Shown: positions 12,029 to 26,206, counted from the stretch's first letter. The stretch: DNA of 64,000 nucleotides from Octopus vulgaris (GCA_951406725.2 OX597817.1:7626001-7690000), one strand, 5' to 3'. Notes: generated by a model from the sequence alone, not told the origin. Numbers and translations are program-made.

Positions 12029-13365
12029 ACACATATAAGCCATGTATATGTGTTCATTTGTGGGCACGTATGTATATGTATATACAACATTAGCACGAGG
12101 CAAGAATTTATTTAGTGTGAATGGAAAACTGTAAATTGATCCGATATAATAAGATGATAGTAACTTATTTCATTTATCCCTGTGGGGATGAAATGCATAT
12201 TTATTCCAATATAATTGTTATTGTTTAATCTCATATTCAGATTCAATTGAGCTTGATAAACAGGAAAGTGATCCCACACATGACCAACTTGTCTTATTTC
12301 AGACAGTGTATCTACAATTCCATTATCTAATGCAACCTCATTTTTTTTTTGAAGAGGTTGAGATGCAGATAAAGTTTCATATATGCGTGTCATTTTGGCA
12401 AAAGCCAACAAGGTTGAGCATGGTGACTTGAAAGGAGAGGGACCTGAAGGGAATTGTGAATTGAAAAGAGCATGAGTACTTGTGAATTGAAGAGAGAGTA
12501 ATGTGAATTAGAAGCAGAGAGTATGATATTGAAGTGGAAGCATGATGTGTTGCAAGTTGGGAGCATGAGGAATGGAGAAACCACCGACTGTATCAAAGAA
12601 AGATCATAGGGAATTGCAGGGAGGTCATGATGCTATGAAAGCATGATGAGTTAAAAGGAGGGTATTGTGAATTGGAGGTAGGGTATAGAGAAATGAAAAG
12701 AGGATGAGCAATTGAGGGGGTAGCACAATGAATAGAAAGGAAAGCACGATGGACTGAAAGGAAAGCAGACTGAATTAAAGGAAGACCATAGTGAATCGAC
12801 TAGGCCTATAGTATCACTAGTACTTTTCATAGCCATAGAGCGACCCAAAACAGACGTATACAAATATAGAGGTTGTTGCCATCGTTATTTTTCTGGAGAA
12901 AGACTTTGCGACTGAAAGACGGTTCTATGTCGAAAGAAGCCGATTTTATGACAATGTTTTACGTGTACAGTATTTATCGTCTTAGAAGGGTTAAAGGCAA
13001 GATTGACTACAGCGAGATTTGAACTTAGAGCACAGAGAACTATTACTAGTACAGCATTCATTTTATCTGAATATTGTAATAAGCCAGCCAAGCTGTCGCC
13101 TTATATCTAATGTTCTATTATTAATTATGTCCTTTCTGTTGTTAGAGGATGAACTACATATGCATTCAATTATTGATTTTTTTTTTTTAAATATTGAATC
13201 ACCGTCACCAATGTGCAGTGTAGGAGGGAGATCATAGGGAATCAACCCATTGACTCGGCCACGTTACATGGCGGGTATTTATGTTCTTGACTCTCGGATT
13301 AATGAAATGCAGATTTATTCAAATATTGATTTCCGACATTGACAAATAACCACCAATTATATAAG

Positions 13366-13416
<51 letters not shown>

Positions 13417-14504
13417 ATAACGAATCTACCAAACATTAGATGAGAGATATTTACTTTATTTAACCGACAGATAAAATATAGTTAGATTCAAGTATACTTG
13501 TTGTGGTTCTTTTTTTTATCTCTGATCAACGTTGATCAAACAGAGCTACAATTCAAAGGCGTTTCAGCTGTGACCATCCCGCCTTTTAGTGGCATCTGTA
13601 ATTACATTATCTAATGTTACTCTTTTTTCATTAAAGCCGATAGGATATATTTAGCTCTTATTTCTAAAAGATCGCTAGACTACGTAGAAACTCCCTTGTT
13701 TGTAGGAAGAACGTACATGTTTGTGTCTGTTTGAGTTTCTGTGTTAGAGTGAGGGCGAGTGTTCCTGTGTGGGGACATGTGTAGTACAAGTCGGAAGAAA
13801 AGTTGTATCATCGGCTGCGGCTTTCGAACACCGCGTCTGCTGTAGACCGCAGAGCTGTACTGACCACTAACAACTTTCAATCAACTTTCAACAAATTTGC
13901 TGGGAGGTAGTAAATACCTCTCCATCCATATTTGCCTTTTCAAGTAAAACTTCAAAAGTTGATGAAGGCTCGGCCGTTGAGGACGATGCCTCTGATTAGT
14001 CCTATGTTTCTCGTCCCACAACTTAACCACTTTCTAAGGTTATTAGACAGCTAAAGCGAAGGTCATTAGACAGACAAAAACTGTCTGCTCTTCTCAAAGG
14101 AAGCCGGCGGGACAATCTACAGAATGGACAATGAGGATAATGATAATAACTATGGTGATTTCTTTTATAGTAATAAATATTGATGCTTAATAATGATGAA
14201 AATAATAATGGCAATAATGAAAGTAAAGATAATGATGTATTAATGTTTGTTTCCTACAGCATTGCAAATGTTTTTCTTTGAATTTACAAGTTTAGTAGTA
14301 GTTGTGATTGTTGTTGTTGCTGTTGTTGTCGTTGTTGCTGTTGCTGCAGTTGTGGCTGATTTCGTGGTAGGATGATGATGATGATGATGACGACGACGAC
14401 GTGGACAATGACGATGATGATGACAACGTTGACCAGTGTCTACAATTTATCATATAACGCCCACAAGAACCGGCGTAGCCGATGTATCACTACCACTCCT
14501 ATAA

Positions 14505-14534
14505 CACTACCACTTCAACTACTACTACTACTAC

Positions 14535-14576
<42 letters not shown>

Positions 14577-14597
14577 CACCATCATTACTACTACTAC

Positions 14598-14630
<33 letters not shown>

Positions 14631-14645
14631 CATCATCACTACTAC

Positions 14646-14690
<45 letters not shown>

Positions 14691-14717
14691 CATCATCACT
14701 ACTACTACTACTACTAC

Positions 14718-14753
<36 letters not shown>

Positions 14754-14785
14754 CATCACTACTACTACTACTACTACTACTAGTA
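14505..14785 (+). repeat. Compound higher-order microsatellite [(CTA)n(ATA)n ccatcatca] x about 4
   Basis: Direct reading; source of the poly-I/N/T/L pseudo-ORFs. Confidence 0.9.
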
Positions 14786-15649
14786 GTACTCACTGCTGCC
14801 AGCATATCTGGTAATTTCCTAATATTTCATTTCATTGTCATTTCCGTATATTTTTTATGTCACACTGAGATAATTGTATTAAGCTGCATTAGCAAGAAAA
14901 CATTCCAGAACCTGCTTTATGTAAAAGCCAAACATGTTTGCCGACATACGTCACTCAGTTTTATTACTGCTTTTTGTCCGTTACCTACATATACACTAAA
15001 TTTATATGTGTTGTTACGACATATTACTCTGCCAACAATGCAATAACACTGCTTTCTTAATATCTTCCTTGTTTAATACATTACTAGCATAAAACAGATA
15101 TTACAACTTTTGCATACGATACACGCAAAAATAACAGAGGAGTTGTAACTTTAAGGGTCGTTACTAAGAATGGTGTTGCATCCAAGTTTTCTATTGCTTC
15201 CTTTGTTTTTCGAACTCCATATATTATATGTATGTAAACTATAGAATAGTTTGAACTGGTGCTGATGGAGTTTATATATAAATATGATTTATAAAAAGAT
15301 CCTATGGCATATATGAGTTTTTTTTTCTTACCTACTTTGGCATGCATCCAGCCGATGAGATTTTTTCTAGTACTTTGGAGTTGTATTGCTCATATATGTG
15401 CGTGTAAATGTATGAGCATGTGTGTGTTTGTGTGTGTGTGTGTGTTAAATAAGTTTAGTTTGAGGTGGTTTAAGAAAACAAAGGGACCATTTACTCAGAA
15501 TTCAGATAAGAGCGAAATGCATTGTAAAATACAAGATAATTGAGAAATCAAGCGTCGATAGTATGCATTTTATGTATGTGTGTGAGCGGAAATATTTACA
15601 CACACAAATGTGTGTGTGCGGGTTCCCATGTTTAGAGCTAAGATACACT

Positions 15650-16115
<466 letters not shown>

Positions 16116-16327
16116 TTTGCCCTGATTGCAACATACTATATAACTAATAATTATCAACCCTGGAGACAAAAACATTTCCCTGCATCGCATAAATATCCTC
16201 AGTTCTTCATTAAGAATAATATTAAAGTTAACTACAGTTGCTTGGAAGATATATCCAAAATACGTAAGCAGAACCAATGTCGTAGAAACGTAAACACTTA
16301 AGCGCATCCTCTTAAAACATTACTAAA

Positions 16328-16574
16328 ATAAAAAGTAAATGCGCCCTTTTAAAACCTAGCCAGGCTCATGGGCCCGGTTTCCCAGTTTCAATGATGTATG
16401 TATTCCCCAGCTGGACGGGACGCCAGTCCATCGCAGCGTTACTCATTTTTGCCAGCTGAGTGGAGTGCAGCAACGTGTGCTCAAGAACACAACGCGTTGC
16501 CCGGTCCAGGAATCGAAACCACAATCTTACGATCATGACGCTGACACCCTAACCACTAAGCCACGCGCCTCCAC
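16328..16574 (-). mobile_element. tRNA-derived CORE-like SINE, full length
   Basis: A/B boxes present; 15-bp TSD taaaacattactaaa at 16313-16327 and 16575-16589. Confidence 0.9.
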
Positions 16575-17239
16575 TAAAACATTACTAAATATAGCATTTC
16601 CCCAAAATAGGCTTCTGCTTATAGTAAAACTAGCATTCGTAAAAGATACCGAAGAAAATATATAGGAGTTGAGGAGCACATTTAAACTCAAACATTCATA
16701 GTACGCTCAATTTTTAGATCCTTCCCTCTCCCAATACATCTGAAAACTGAAGGAATGTGAAATGAATAACATTATACAAGACTCTGGAACATTCCAATGA
16801 AGTACAACTTCATATTCCGATGTATCAAAGTGATGCAATTTATGTTTGAATATGTAGTATAACATTTTACAGGGCTTCTTGAAGTTAAACACAAACAATG
16901 AGTTGCTGTTTATGTGTAGGCATTTGAATAAATTTCTCCTAAAGAAAAAATTCAAGTTTCATAGATACTTCTAACTGCATGGCTAATGACCATGAAGATG
17001 GGGATTGGCCGGTTTGGCCTCAGAGACCCTGCAGCACCAATACAGCAATAATTTTCATGTGTTTCGCTCTTCGTTGTATACTAGACATTACTAGAATCGT
17101 TTTGAAGCAGAAAAGCGTTTCAGGCCTACTAACTGGCCCAAACATGTGTATATAGATTGCTATAGTGCGCCTGTCGATTGCTCTTTCTCAAATAAAATAT
17201 TCCAATCTATTTTTTTTATGCCAATTTATTTATTAGCTA

Positions 17240-17290
17240 CTAGCTGAATACCCCGTCGTTGCCGGGCAGTTTTTACAATTGAATGTCTTA
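17240..17290 (-). mobile_element. Helitron 3' terminus
   Basis: Minus strand reads cccggcaacgacgggg (hairpin) tattcagCTAG|T. Confidence 0.55.
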
Positions 17291-17984
17291 TACAAATTTT
17301 TGTTTATTCTATGTCAGACCATGCCTTCCCCAACAGACACGCATCTTGACCAGGACATACTTGTGCAATTTTTCGCAAACAACTTCCTTGAGGATGTTTT
17401 TCTTTTTAGATTATTTACTTGTCTGTTCGGCCGTTTCACATGACTTTATTCATTAAAACTTAGAACTTCAGAAGTACTTACAAGTTTGGCCGTTGTAATG
17501 TTTTGTTTTCGTTTGTTTAATAACAAATACCTCCTCGTAATCATTTTGTGATAGACAGCTGTCGTGCGGAAAGGGCCAGCTTCCAGATCCTCTTTTCTGG
17601 TTAGATAAAATTGATTAAACTTTAAATTATTTCAATATACCAAATTTGAAAATTTTGAAGTAATTTTAAAATTTCACAATATGTGACAGCAACAAGGAAG
17701 ACCATACCAAAGTAGAGAGACATACAGGAATTGGACGTCACACACTCACACACACACACATACATACACACACACGCGCTCTTACACACACATGCAAGCA
17801 CACATACTGAAACACACACTCACACTTTTACATGGTAATCACGAGTATGTATGTACGCATGTATGTATATATATGTATGTGTATGTGTGTGTGTGTCTGT
17901 GTCTGTATGTGAGTGTTTCTTTGCGATGGACAGCGGAAAAGCCACTTACCGCTCTTTCCTTAAAACTACATACTCCTCACTTAT

Positions 17985-18505
17985 TCCTCCTCATCATCAT
18001 CATTGTTCGACCGTGGTCGAGACAATGGAATTTACCATGCTACGCCAGACTTCACGGTCCTGGAGATTCATTCAGGGTAGGAGAGTGTGCGCCCTCTGGT
18101 ATTCCGAGTAGATGGCTTCCAGAGGAGAAGAGTAGAAATTACCTCTTTTTCAGCTCTACAACAATGTCCAGCAAACTGGACTCTCCAACCTTTCACAAGA
18201 GATGACACAGGTGGTAGTTTCCCATATATTTGCATTTTGGTTGGATGGCGCTTCCACGGGAGATTTTGAGCTCTCATAAGGAGGCGAGTGTAGGTTCCAT
18301 CCAACCGCCTCTCAAGCTTCTTTGATAACGTCCTGGTTTCTGAGCCATATAGTAGAATTGGTTCGACTGTGGCTTTGAAGATTTCAAGTTTGAAGTCTCT
18401 ACTTAGATTTGATGACCAGATCTTATGCATGTCATTACAAGCTGACCAGGCCATACCCTTTCTAGTTAGAAAATCTTTTCCAGATGATGATATGTATGAC
18501 CCAAC
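17985..18505 (-). mobile_element. RTE-clade LINE, 3' fragment
   Basis: Peptide AWSACNDMHKIWSSNLSRDFKLEIFKATVEPILLYGSET...LDGTYTRLLMRA...FAGHC is typical of the RTE C-terminus; ends in a (TGA)n tail. Confidence 0.85.
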
Positions 18506-19039
18506 ATCTTCCTCGGCGTTTTAAAAGATAGTTATCTGTATGTGCATATGTGTGTATGCTTGTATCTATGTAATTAAGAAAGTATGTATGCAGCCTCGCG
18601 TGTATATCTGTGAATGACAGCTATATTAGCATCCCACTGCCACTTCATAATTGTCGCTTACACACTGTTGTTCTCCGCTTCCCTGGTATCAGCCACACTC
18701 ACTTTGCCACCACATTTCCCTCACACTAACACTCTTTGCACCCTTCTCATTTTATCAAATAATAATACAATCCCACCACCTAGGGGGGGGGGCCTTTGCA
18801 GATTTTTATTGAAATCCAATTAGCCTTTAATTGAACTGGATGTTCGTCCAGTTTCGTCAAGGTTGGTTCACTGGTGTAGGCAGCAAGATAGTAACAGGTA
18901 GATCGACTGACAGAAATTGCCATTTATGTATAAGATTTCATTTCATTTTCACTTCTTTTTAATTATTTTGTTGCTTTTTTAACGTTTCCTGGCGTTTTCG
19001 ACAATTACTCATCCTCTTCTCTCGATTAAAACTGTATAA

Positions 19040-19440
19040 TCTTTATATATAAAAGAAAAGTTGTGTGGTGTCTGTCTCCTACGATTTAGATTCCTAACTA
19101 CTCCCACATTTTGCCGTGCAGTTTAACCAAAACCGGGTATCTTATAGTCGTGATTCATATCGAGCCCTTCTGGGTATTAGCGCGCGTCTACGTTGAGTCT
19201 ACGATTTTAAAAAATATTTACCATCATTTTTTCCATTTTAATGCATTTTTTCGCTATTATATAAGGGAAGTAACTCTCTAAAAATGTCTACGATGAGTCA
19301 ATGATGTTTAAAAAAATTTACCATAATTTTTTTTCCATTTTTAAATGCATTTTTTTGCTACTTTTTGGCTATAACTCTCTAAAAGTGCTTATATAGTTAT
19401 TTCCCTTACAAATCCGAGCAACGCCGGGTGATACTGCTAG
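19040..19440 (+). mobile_element. Non-autonomous Helitron
   Basis: A|TC 5' end (tctttatatataaaa), 3' hairpin ccgagcaacgccggg then CTAG|T, no TSD; internal duplication of about 100 bp (19187-19384). Confidence 0.8.
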
Positions 19441-19879
19441 TTTATTATAAAATTGTATTGTTAACACTCACACGTAGGTACGTATTAAATCAGTCTGGGA
19501 TTGATTAAAATGTAATTTAAGGTTTCTCAAATAGAAAGATAGAAAGAGACACAAAGACGGCTGCCTTGAAAGATTGGAAGATTTACGATTTCACAGGCAG
19601 AGAGTTAAAAGCGATTTCAAATTCTTATCAATATATTTGTTTTTGTTTGCACGATTCGTAGGTATTGTAACGAAGCTAAATAGCACTGCGTTATTATGAA
19701 TGACGTATACGTTTTCATCAGACTTGGTCAATACTCTATGAAATTTCAACAAATGTTTTTCATATAATGTTAAGAATAAATACTAAATATTTAATTAATA
19801 TAATCAATACTGAAGCAGGCAAACAAACTGACTAACGCACGCTTAGGCAAGAAGCAGACATTGACATACAAGCAAACAA

Positions 19880-19901
19880 TTAGACAGACAGATAGATAGA
19901 C

Positions 19902-19945
<44 letters not shown>

Positions 19946-20019
19946 GGACGGACAGACGGACGGACGGACGGACTGACAGACAGACAGGCATGCAGGCAGA
20001 CAGACAGACAGAGACAGAC

Positions 20020-20102
<83 letters not shown>

Positions 20103-20133
20103 TAGATAGACAGATAGATAGATAGATAGATAT

Positions 20134-20198
<65 letters not shown>

Positions 20199-20200
20199 TT
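19880..20200 (+). repeat. (GATA)n/(GACA)n/(GA)n compound microsatellite
   Basis: Direct reading. Confidence 0.9.
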
Positions 20201-20994
20201 ACGCTGCTATAACTGTTAAGCTCATCTGGTCATTACATTATAGTAATGGCCCTTTATAAATCATTTGTTTTCCTCTTTCGGTCTATCAAATGACAAACCT
20301 AACAATTATTGATGATCTACCACTATTATTCTGAAGTAGACAGCCATTTTTGTAACAATGCCGACAGCAAGATCAGTAGCATCGACACTGAGACAATGAG
20401 TAGAATCTCTACGTGGTCGCTCAATATAGCAGAAATAGCAGACAATTTTCCTCAAACCACAACTTACAATGATCAATTTGTCAGAAATGGTAAATTTTCA
20501 TCAAATCACGCCTTACCAGGCTCAGCCTACCAGCCATAGCAAACAATGCGTTTATCTCTAACTACATCTTAAAAGAATCAACTTACTAGAAATAGCGCAA
20601 AAATTTCCTTCAAACCACATATTACCTTTTAAGAAAACGGGCACAGTACAGGTGTTCTTCTTTTTTCAGAAAATATCACTAAATCTAAAATAAGATTGGA
20701 GAACCGTTCTTTGAGCGAGTTTGATCATAGATCTTCTTGATTAAAACTGCTCTTAAATTAACATTAGCAACATCTTGTTACGACTTGTTCTTGTATGAGT
20801 GACGTGCCTACGTATGAAATTATTACTTGTATTTCTCGGGAGTGGGGCTACCATTGTACGTGTGTACATGTGTGAGTGTGTGAAATACTGATTTTTGCTT
20901 TTGTATTTCTGATGAAATAATAAGCACAAATAGTGATATGGTAAACGATCAGACTCACACACTCACACACATACAATGTTACACACGCAATGTC

Positions 20995-21550
20995 TTTTTT
21001 GATTGTTACCTTGGCTAAGTGCTGGTTGTTACAGAAAAGATGTTTTCCAACTAGGCACGCTATTCTTAATCAGTGCACACCCGTCGTCGGGTATTTCACA
21101 TAGTGTTTCCAGAATCCACGAATGCACATGTCGAAAGCCTTTGTAAAGCCTATCCAAACCATGCACGAGTTTTTTTTTGTTTTTTTTTTTTGTACCGTTT
21201 GCAGTTCTTCTTTGGTGCCCTTAGGTCCTTTTCGGCATCCATTTTGTTCTACTGGAGGTAGATTGTTTTCCGTAAGGAACATATAGACAAGCAATAGGTC
21301 GGTAATTGCCAACCTAATTGCCCTTTGACCGATCTTTCGTCAATGTTGTCTTTCCCTCTATAATCCATTCCGGAACTGTACCACTCTGTAAGTAATTGTA
21401 TAATAACAACGCAATTCGCTTGTATGTTGACCTAAACCACTTGAGCCAGTAAACATGAATTCTGTCTGGTCCTGCAGCTTTTCAGTTTAGCAGCTTTGAT
21501 ACTTGTGCAGTTGCATCTTTCGTCGTTACGCGTACATGGTCCTGTCGTGT
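20995..21550 (-). mobile_element. Degenerate R4/Dong-like non-LTR retrotransposon, RT fragment
   Basis: Remnant peptides KAAGPDRI.VYWLK and EQNGCRKGPKGTKEEL...MVWIGFTKAFDM. Confidence 0.6.
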
Positions 21551-21562
21551 GTTATTATTATT

Positions 21563-21708
21563 AGAGGTCGACTTTGCCTTTCATCCTTTCGGGGTCGATA
21601 AATTAAGTACCAGTTACGCACTGGAGTCGATATAATCGACTTAATCCGTTTGTCTGTCCTTGTTTGTCCCTTCTATGTTTAGCCCCTTGTGGGCAGTAAA
21701 AGAAATAA
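21563..21708 (+). mobile_element. Meta-domain SINE, 5'-truncated
   Basis: gaggtcgactttgcctttcatcctttcggggtcgataaattaagtaccag plus tail. Confidence 0.8.
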
Positions 21709-21926
21709 AAAATCATTTTTACTGAGAGAGATCGCAACACATGCCATCTAAGTGACGCTAGAGTATAAATATACGAAGCCCAGTATACCCATCACGACTA
21801 CCCGTCTGATAAGGCTGCACCAGACATAGGCATTACAACCATGTGTATGTGACATGGTGATCTCATGTCAAGATAAACAGCACATGACCTTGCAGTCGAG
21901 TAGCCCATCCAACTGAAAATGTTCCC

Positions 21927-21981
<55 letters not shown>

Positions 21982-21987
21982 ATTATT

Positions 21988-22031
<44 letters not shown>

Positions 22032-22063
22032 TATCATCATCATCATTATCATTATTATTTCAG

Positions 22064-22262
22064 ACGGCGACCTGGTAGAATCGTTAACACACCGGGCAAA
22101 GTGCTTAGCGCCATTTCGTCTGTCGCTACGTTCTGAGTTCAAATTCCACCGAGGTCGACTTTGCTTTTCATCCTTTCGGAGGGTCTATAAATTAAGTACC
22201 AGTTGCGTACTGGGGTAAATCTTCCAAACATTTCAGGCCTTGTGCCTATAGTAGAAAGGATT
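22064..22262 (+). mobile_element. Meta-domain SINE within an (ATT/ATC)n tract
   Basis: Head ggcgacctggtagaatcgttaac, B box, Meta core, tail ccttgtgcctatagtagaaagg. Confidence 0.8.
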
Positions 22263-22263
22263 A

Positions 22264-22326
<63 letters not shown>

Positions 22327-22989
22327 CATTATTACCATAATCATCATCATCAACACCATTATGACCTCGGCGAGTATGATACTAATGTTATTTAAATTTT
22401 ACTTGCCACCATTGTTGCCGTCGATGTTGTTTTAAATAATAGGATTATTGCCTTATTATGTATAATAGCATCGGTCATTTAATCTATATTGTTATCATCA
22501 GCGTTGCTCATTCCGCTGGTAATCGTCTTTGAAAGCTTTATAACGTACCATATGGGTGACATTTTATGTGCTATGGAATCGTAGATGAAACTTTAATATG
22601 AAAGAACTATTCCTTTATTCATACAGTCATACATTCATTTCTTGTGACTTTTTAAATCGATAGCTAGAATGAAAGACGTCTGGGCATACGAGTTTATTGC
22701 TGAATTGAAAAGCAGAGATAAATTATGAGAATTGCGGTAGAGCAGGCGAAACCAGGTTATGAAAAAAAAAACTCACATACAGAACGATTACGACATAACC
22801 AGTTATCATGGAGATTATTCAGGCGTATTGATTGATAGAGCAGAGACGGTTTTGGTATTCAAGAGGGTAATTGTTGAGTTTAGTTCATTGATGGAACAGA
22901 ATAACTTTGAGATAGTGAGCGAGCTAAGGATATAAATAGATCAGAGATCAATTTGAATGTTGTCAGACATAGTTTAAAACTAGTGATAC

Positions 22990-23244
22990 AAGCGGGGTTG
23001 TGTGCGATAAGAAGTTTTCTTCCCAACCGCATGTTTCCGGGTTCAGTACCACCGCGTGCATATTGAACAAAAGTTAGGCGTAGGAGTTACTGTGTGGTAA
23101 GTAGCTTGCTTACCAACCACATAGTTCCGGGTTGTCCCACTGCGTGGCACCTTGGGCAAGTGCCTTCTACTATAGCCTCAGGCCGACTAATGCTTTGTGA
23201 CTAGATTTGGTAGACGGAAATTGGAAGAAACCCGTCGTATATAT

Positions 23245-23319
<75 letters not shown>

Positions 23320-23870
23320 TGTATATATATGTATGTATGTATGTATGTGTGTGTGTATGTTTGTGTGGCTGTGTTTGTCCCCTCCCCCCAACATCACTTG
23401 ACAGCCGATGTTGATGTGTTTACGTCCCCGTAACTTAGCGGTTCGGCAAAAGAGACCGATACAATAAGTACTAGACTTACAAAGAATAAATCCTGGGGTC
23501 GATTTGCTCGACTAAGAGAGATGCTCCAGCACGGCCACAGTCAAATGACTGAAACAAGTAAAAGAGTATAGCCCGGACCAACCAAAGCACAATGAGAAGA
23601 TTAGGTCGACGGAAACTGAAAAAGACTTGTTTGATGTGTGTGTGTGCGCGCGCGCGCAAGTGTCTTTGTTATTGTGTTTGACCCTACCGCCAATTGACAA
23701 CTGGTGTCGGTTTGTTTACGTCTCCGTGTCATAGCGGTTCGGACAACGAATCCGATAGAACAAGTACCAAGTTTTAAAGAAATGGATTTATTTGACGTAT
23801 AACACTTTAAGTCGGTGTCCCAGCATGGCTGCAGTGCAATGACCGGAATCCAGAAAAAGATAAAAGATAA
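22990..23870 (+). mobile_element. Nested microsatellite-carrying tRNA-SINEs (younger copy about 23077-23567 inside an older relative)
   Basis: Head ggcgtaggagt..ctgtgtggtaagtagcttgct, internal (TA)/(TATG) tract, tail ccagca.ggccacagtcaaatgactgaaacaagtaaaagag. Confidence 0.75.
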
Positions 23871-24016
23871 AATAGTTGTGTTTGAAGTATCAGAGGTGAT
23901 CGATGAGTTTATGTCATTGACTCATTTGATGACTGAAGCTTTAACTGCTTGGTTTTCGCGCGTATGGAAAGGTATGCAGCTCATAACACATTGTTTCTTC
24001 AATATTTATAAAGATG

Positions 24017-24615
24017 AATTCCGCTGAGGTTGGCTTTGCCTTTCATCCTTTTGGGGTTGATAAATTAAGTACCATTTGCGTACTGGGGTCGATCTAATCG
24101 ACTGGCCTCCTCCTCCAAAATTTCGAGCCTTGTACCTCGAGTAGAAAAGAATATCTATAAGGATGAAGGCGGCGAGCTGGCAGAATCGTTAGCACGCCGG
24201 GCGAAATGCTTAGTGGTATTTCGTCCGTCTTTACATTCTGGGCTCAAATTCCGCCGAGGTCGACTTTGCTTTTTATCCTTTCTGGGTCGATAAATTAAAT
24301 ATCAGTAGCGAACTGAGATCGATCTAATCGACTGGCCCCTCCCCACAAAATTCGAGCCTTGTGTCTAGTGTAGAAAAGAATATTTATAAAGATGGCTGTT
24401 GAGGCAGCGTGCTGGCTGAATCGTTACCACGCCGGACAAAATACTTAGCGGTGTTTCGTCCGTCTTCACGTTCTGAGTTCAAATTCCGTCGAGACCGTGT
24501 TTGCCTTTCATCTTTTTGGGATTGATAAAATAAGAACCAGTTGAACACAGTGGTCGATATAATCGACTTACTCCCTCCTCTGAAATTACTGCTCATGTAC
24601 TCAAAGTTTGAGACC
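24017..24615 (+). mobile_element. Three tandem Meta-domain SINEs separated by a repeated 16-bp target sequence
   Basis: aatatttataaagatg at 24001, 24150 (variant), 24379 and 24616. Confidence 0.85.
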
Positions 24616-25640
24616 AATATTTATAAAGATGATGTTTTGATGCTGTGAAAGAGATTAGGCTGTAATATTCCTATTAATGTATGTTTAAGGAAAGAGATCA
24701 AATCTGTCTACATTGATTGTGAATGACGCACATCTACTGAAATGTCCAGGAGACCTGACAGGTGGTAATTAGTTTGAACTGTTAAAGTGACAAAAGGATA
24801 TGAGTAAGTGAAAAGTAGTTACCTTCTCGAGTCATGCAGACTCACAAGGGCCGGTTTTTGCGGTTTCTATGGCGTATACATTCCCCACCCGGACGGGATG
24901 CAGGCCTACTCGTTTTTACCAGATGAGTGGACTGGAGCAACGCGATATAAAGTTTTTTTGCTCAAGAGCACAACGCATCACCTGGTCTAGGAATGGGAAC
25001 CACAATCTTACGATAATTAGTCTAACACCCAAACCTCAGAAGGATGAGGTGGGGGGGATCCCTAAGCGAACAGCTTACTGCGGTATATAATTATATGGTT
25101 TCTGGAACTTTAACGTCGTTATTCGCTGTTTCAGAAAATTCTTGTATAATTACTCCGTTAGAATTAACTGCTATGAACTACAAGACCAACAGATAAGGAA
25201 ATCACACAGGTGTAGTCATCTAAGTGACCGTTTATGTACCTACACTGCGTTACAATTTTCCAGACCTAGTGATTATAAATCATATACTTCGCTCTTTTGT
25301 ACTGAGTTCTTTCTGCTGCTCACAGATAATTCCTATAGCGGTACATGTATACAGAGAAGGGTTGCACCTATAATGTTTCTTATGTCTATACGGAGAGGAA
25401 AAGTGATGAAGTAGAAATGTAACTGTAATCGCCAGTTTCAATAACACCTTAAAATACAGTTGCTAAATGGTGGTGACAGAGAAGGGAGCTTCCGGTGGAA
25501 TAAGAATATAGTTAAATACGCTGTTTAGATTTTATTTTTGTAGAAAAAAAAGTTAAGAATCTATCGAGGGTAATTGCTGGCGCGAGTTTTGCTTATTCGT
25601 GGTGATGAAGGAAATACTGTGAGAACCGTGTGCCTTAATA

Positions 25641-26206
25641 TTGGGTTGTCCGGAAAGTTTGTGCCGATTTATAGTAGCTTAGCTTTCGACTTATTTTAGA
25701 ACATGGTTGAGTCCATAAAATAGGATTTGACAACACATCCATTTAGAGCACAGTTTAAGCTATCTTTTCGTGGAAGAAGGTTTATGTTCCTATGACCTGT
25801 GTTAACTCTGTAACCCTTTAAAATGGAAGATAAGAAAGTTCATTTTCGGCACTTGATGCTTTGGGAACCAGACAAAAGTTGCTGCAGCTTGGCTGGGAAG
25901 TGCTACCCCACCCTCCATATTCACCAGATGTTGCACCTTCGGATTTCTACTTATTCAGGTCTCTGCAGAATAGTCTTAATAGTAAATATTTCAATTCCAT
26001 GGATGACGTAAAAAGATACCTTGATGAATTCTTTGCCATGAAACCACCTCAATTCTTGGAAGAGGGCATTTTCAAGGTAAAGGAAAGAGGGGGACGCATT
26101 GTGCAACAAATTGGTTCATATTTGGTTGATTAAAAATTTAATGGCAAGTATTTATTAACCTTTTTCTTTCCTTTAAAAATCGGAATGAACTTTCCGGACA
26201 ACCCAA
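25641..26206 (+). mobile_element. Internally deleted mariner (Tc1/mariner) transposon
   Basis: TIRs of about 30 bp (ttgggttgtccggaaagtt... / ...aacttttccggacaacccaa) with TA TSD; N-terminal MEDKKVHFRHLMLWE joined out of frame to the C-terminal GWEVLPHPPYSPDVAPSDFYLF. Confidence 0.92.

Noticed and set aside
14372-15046. 224-aa ORF and other [16 protein letters not shown] ORFs across the window
   Set aside because: These are translations of microsatellites.
17300-17620. piggyBac-like C-terminal remnant on the minus strand
   Set aside because: Only faint peptide echoes; cannot be supported without a search.
24001-24631. CRISPR-like array
   Set aside because: Eukaryotic context; the spacers are homologous SINEs and the repeats are best explained as TSDs.
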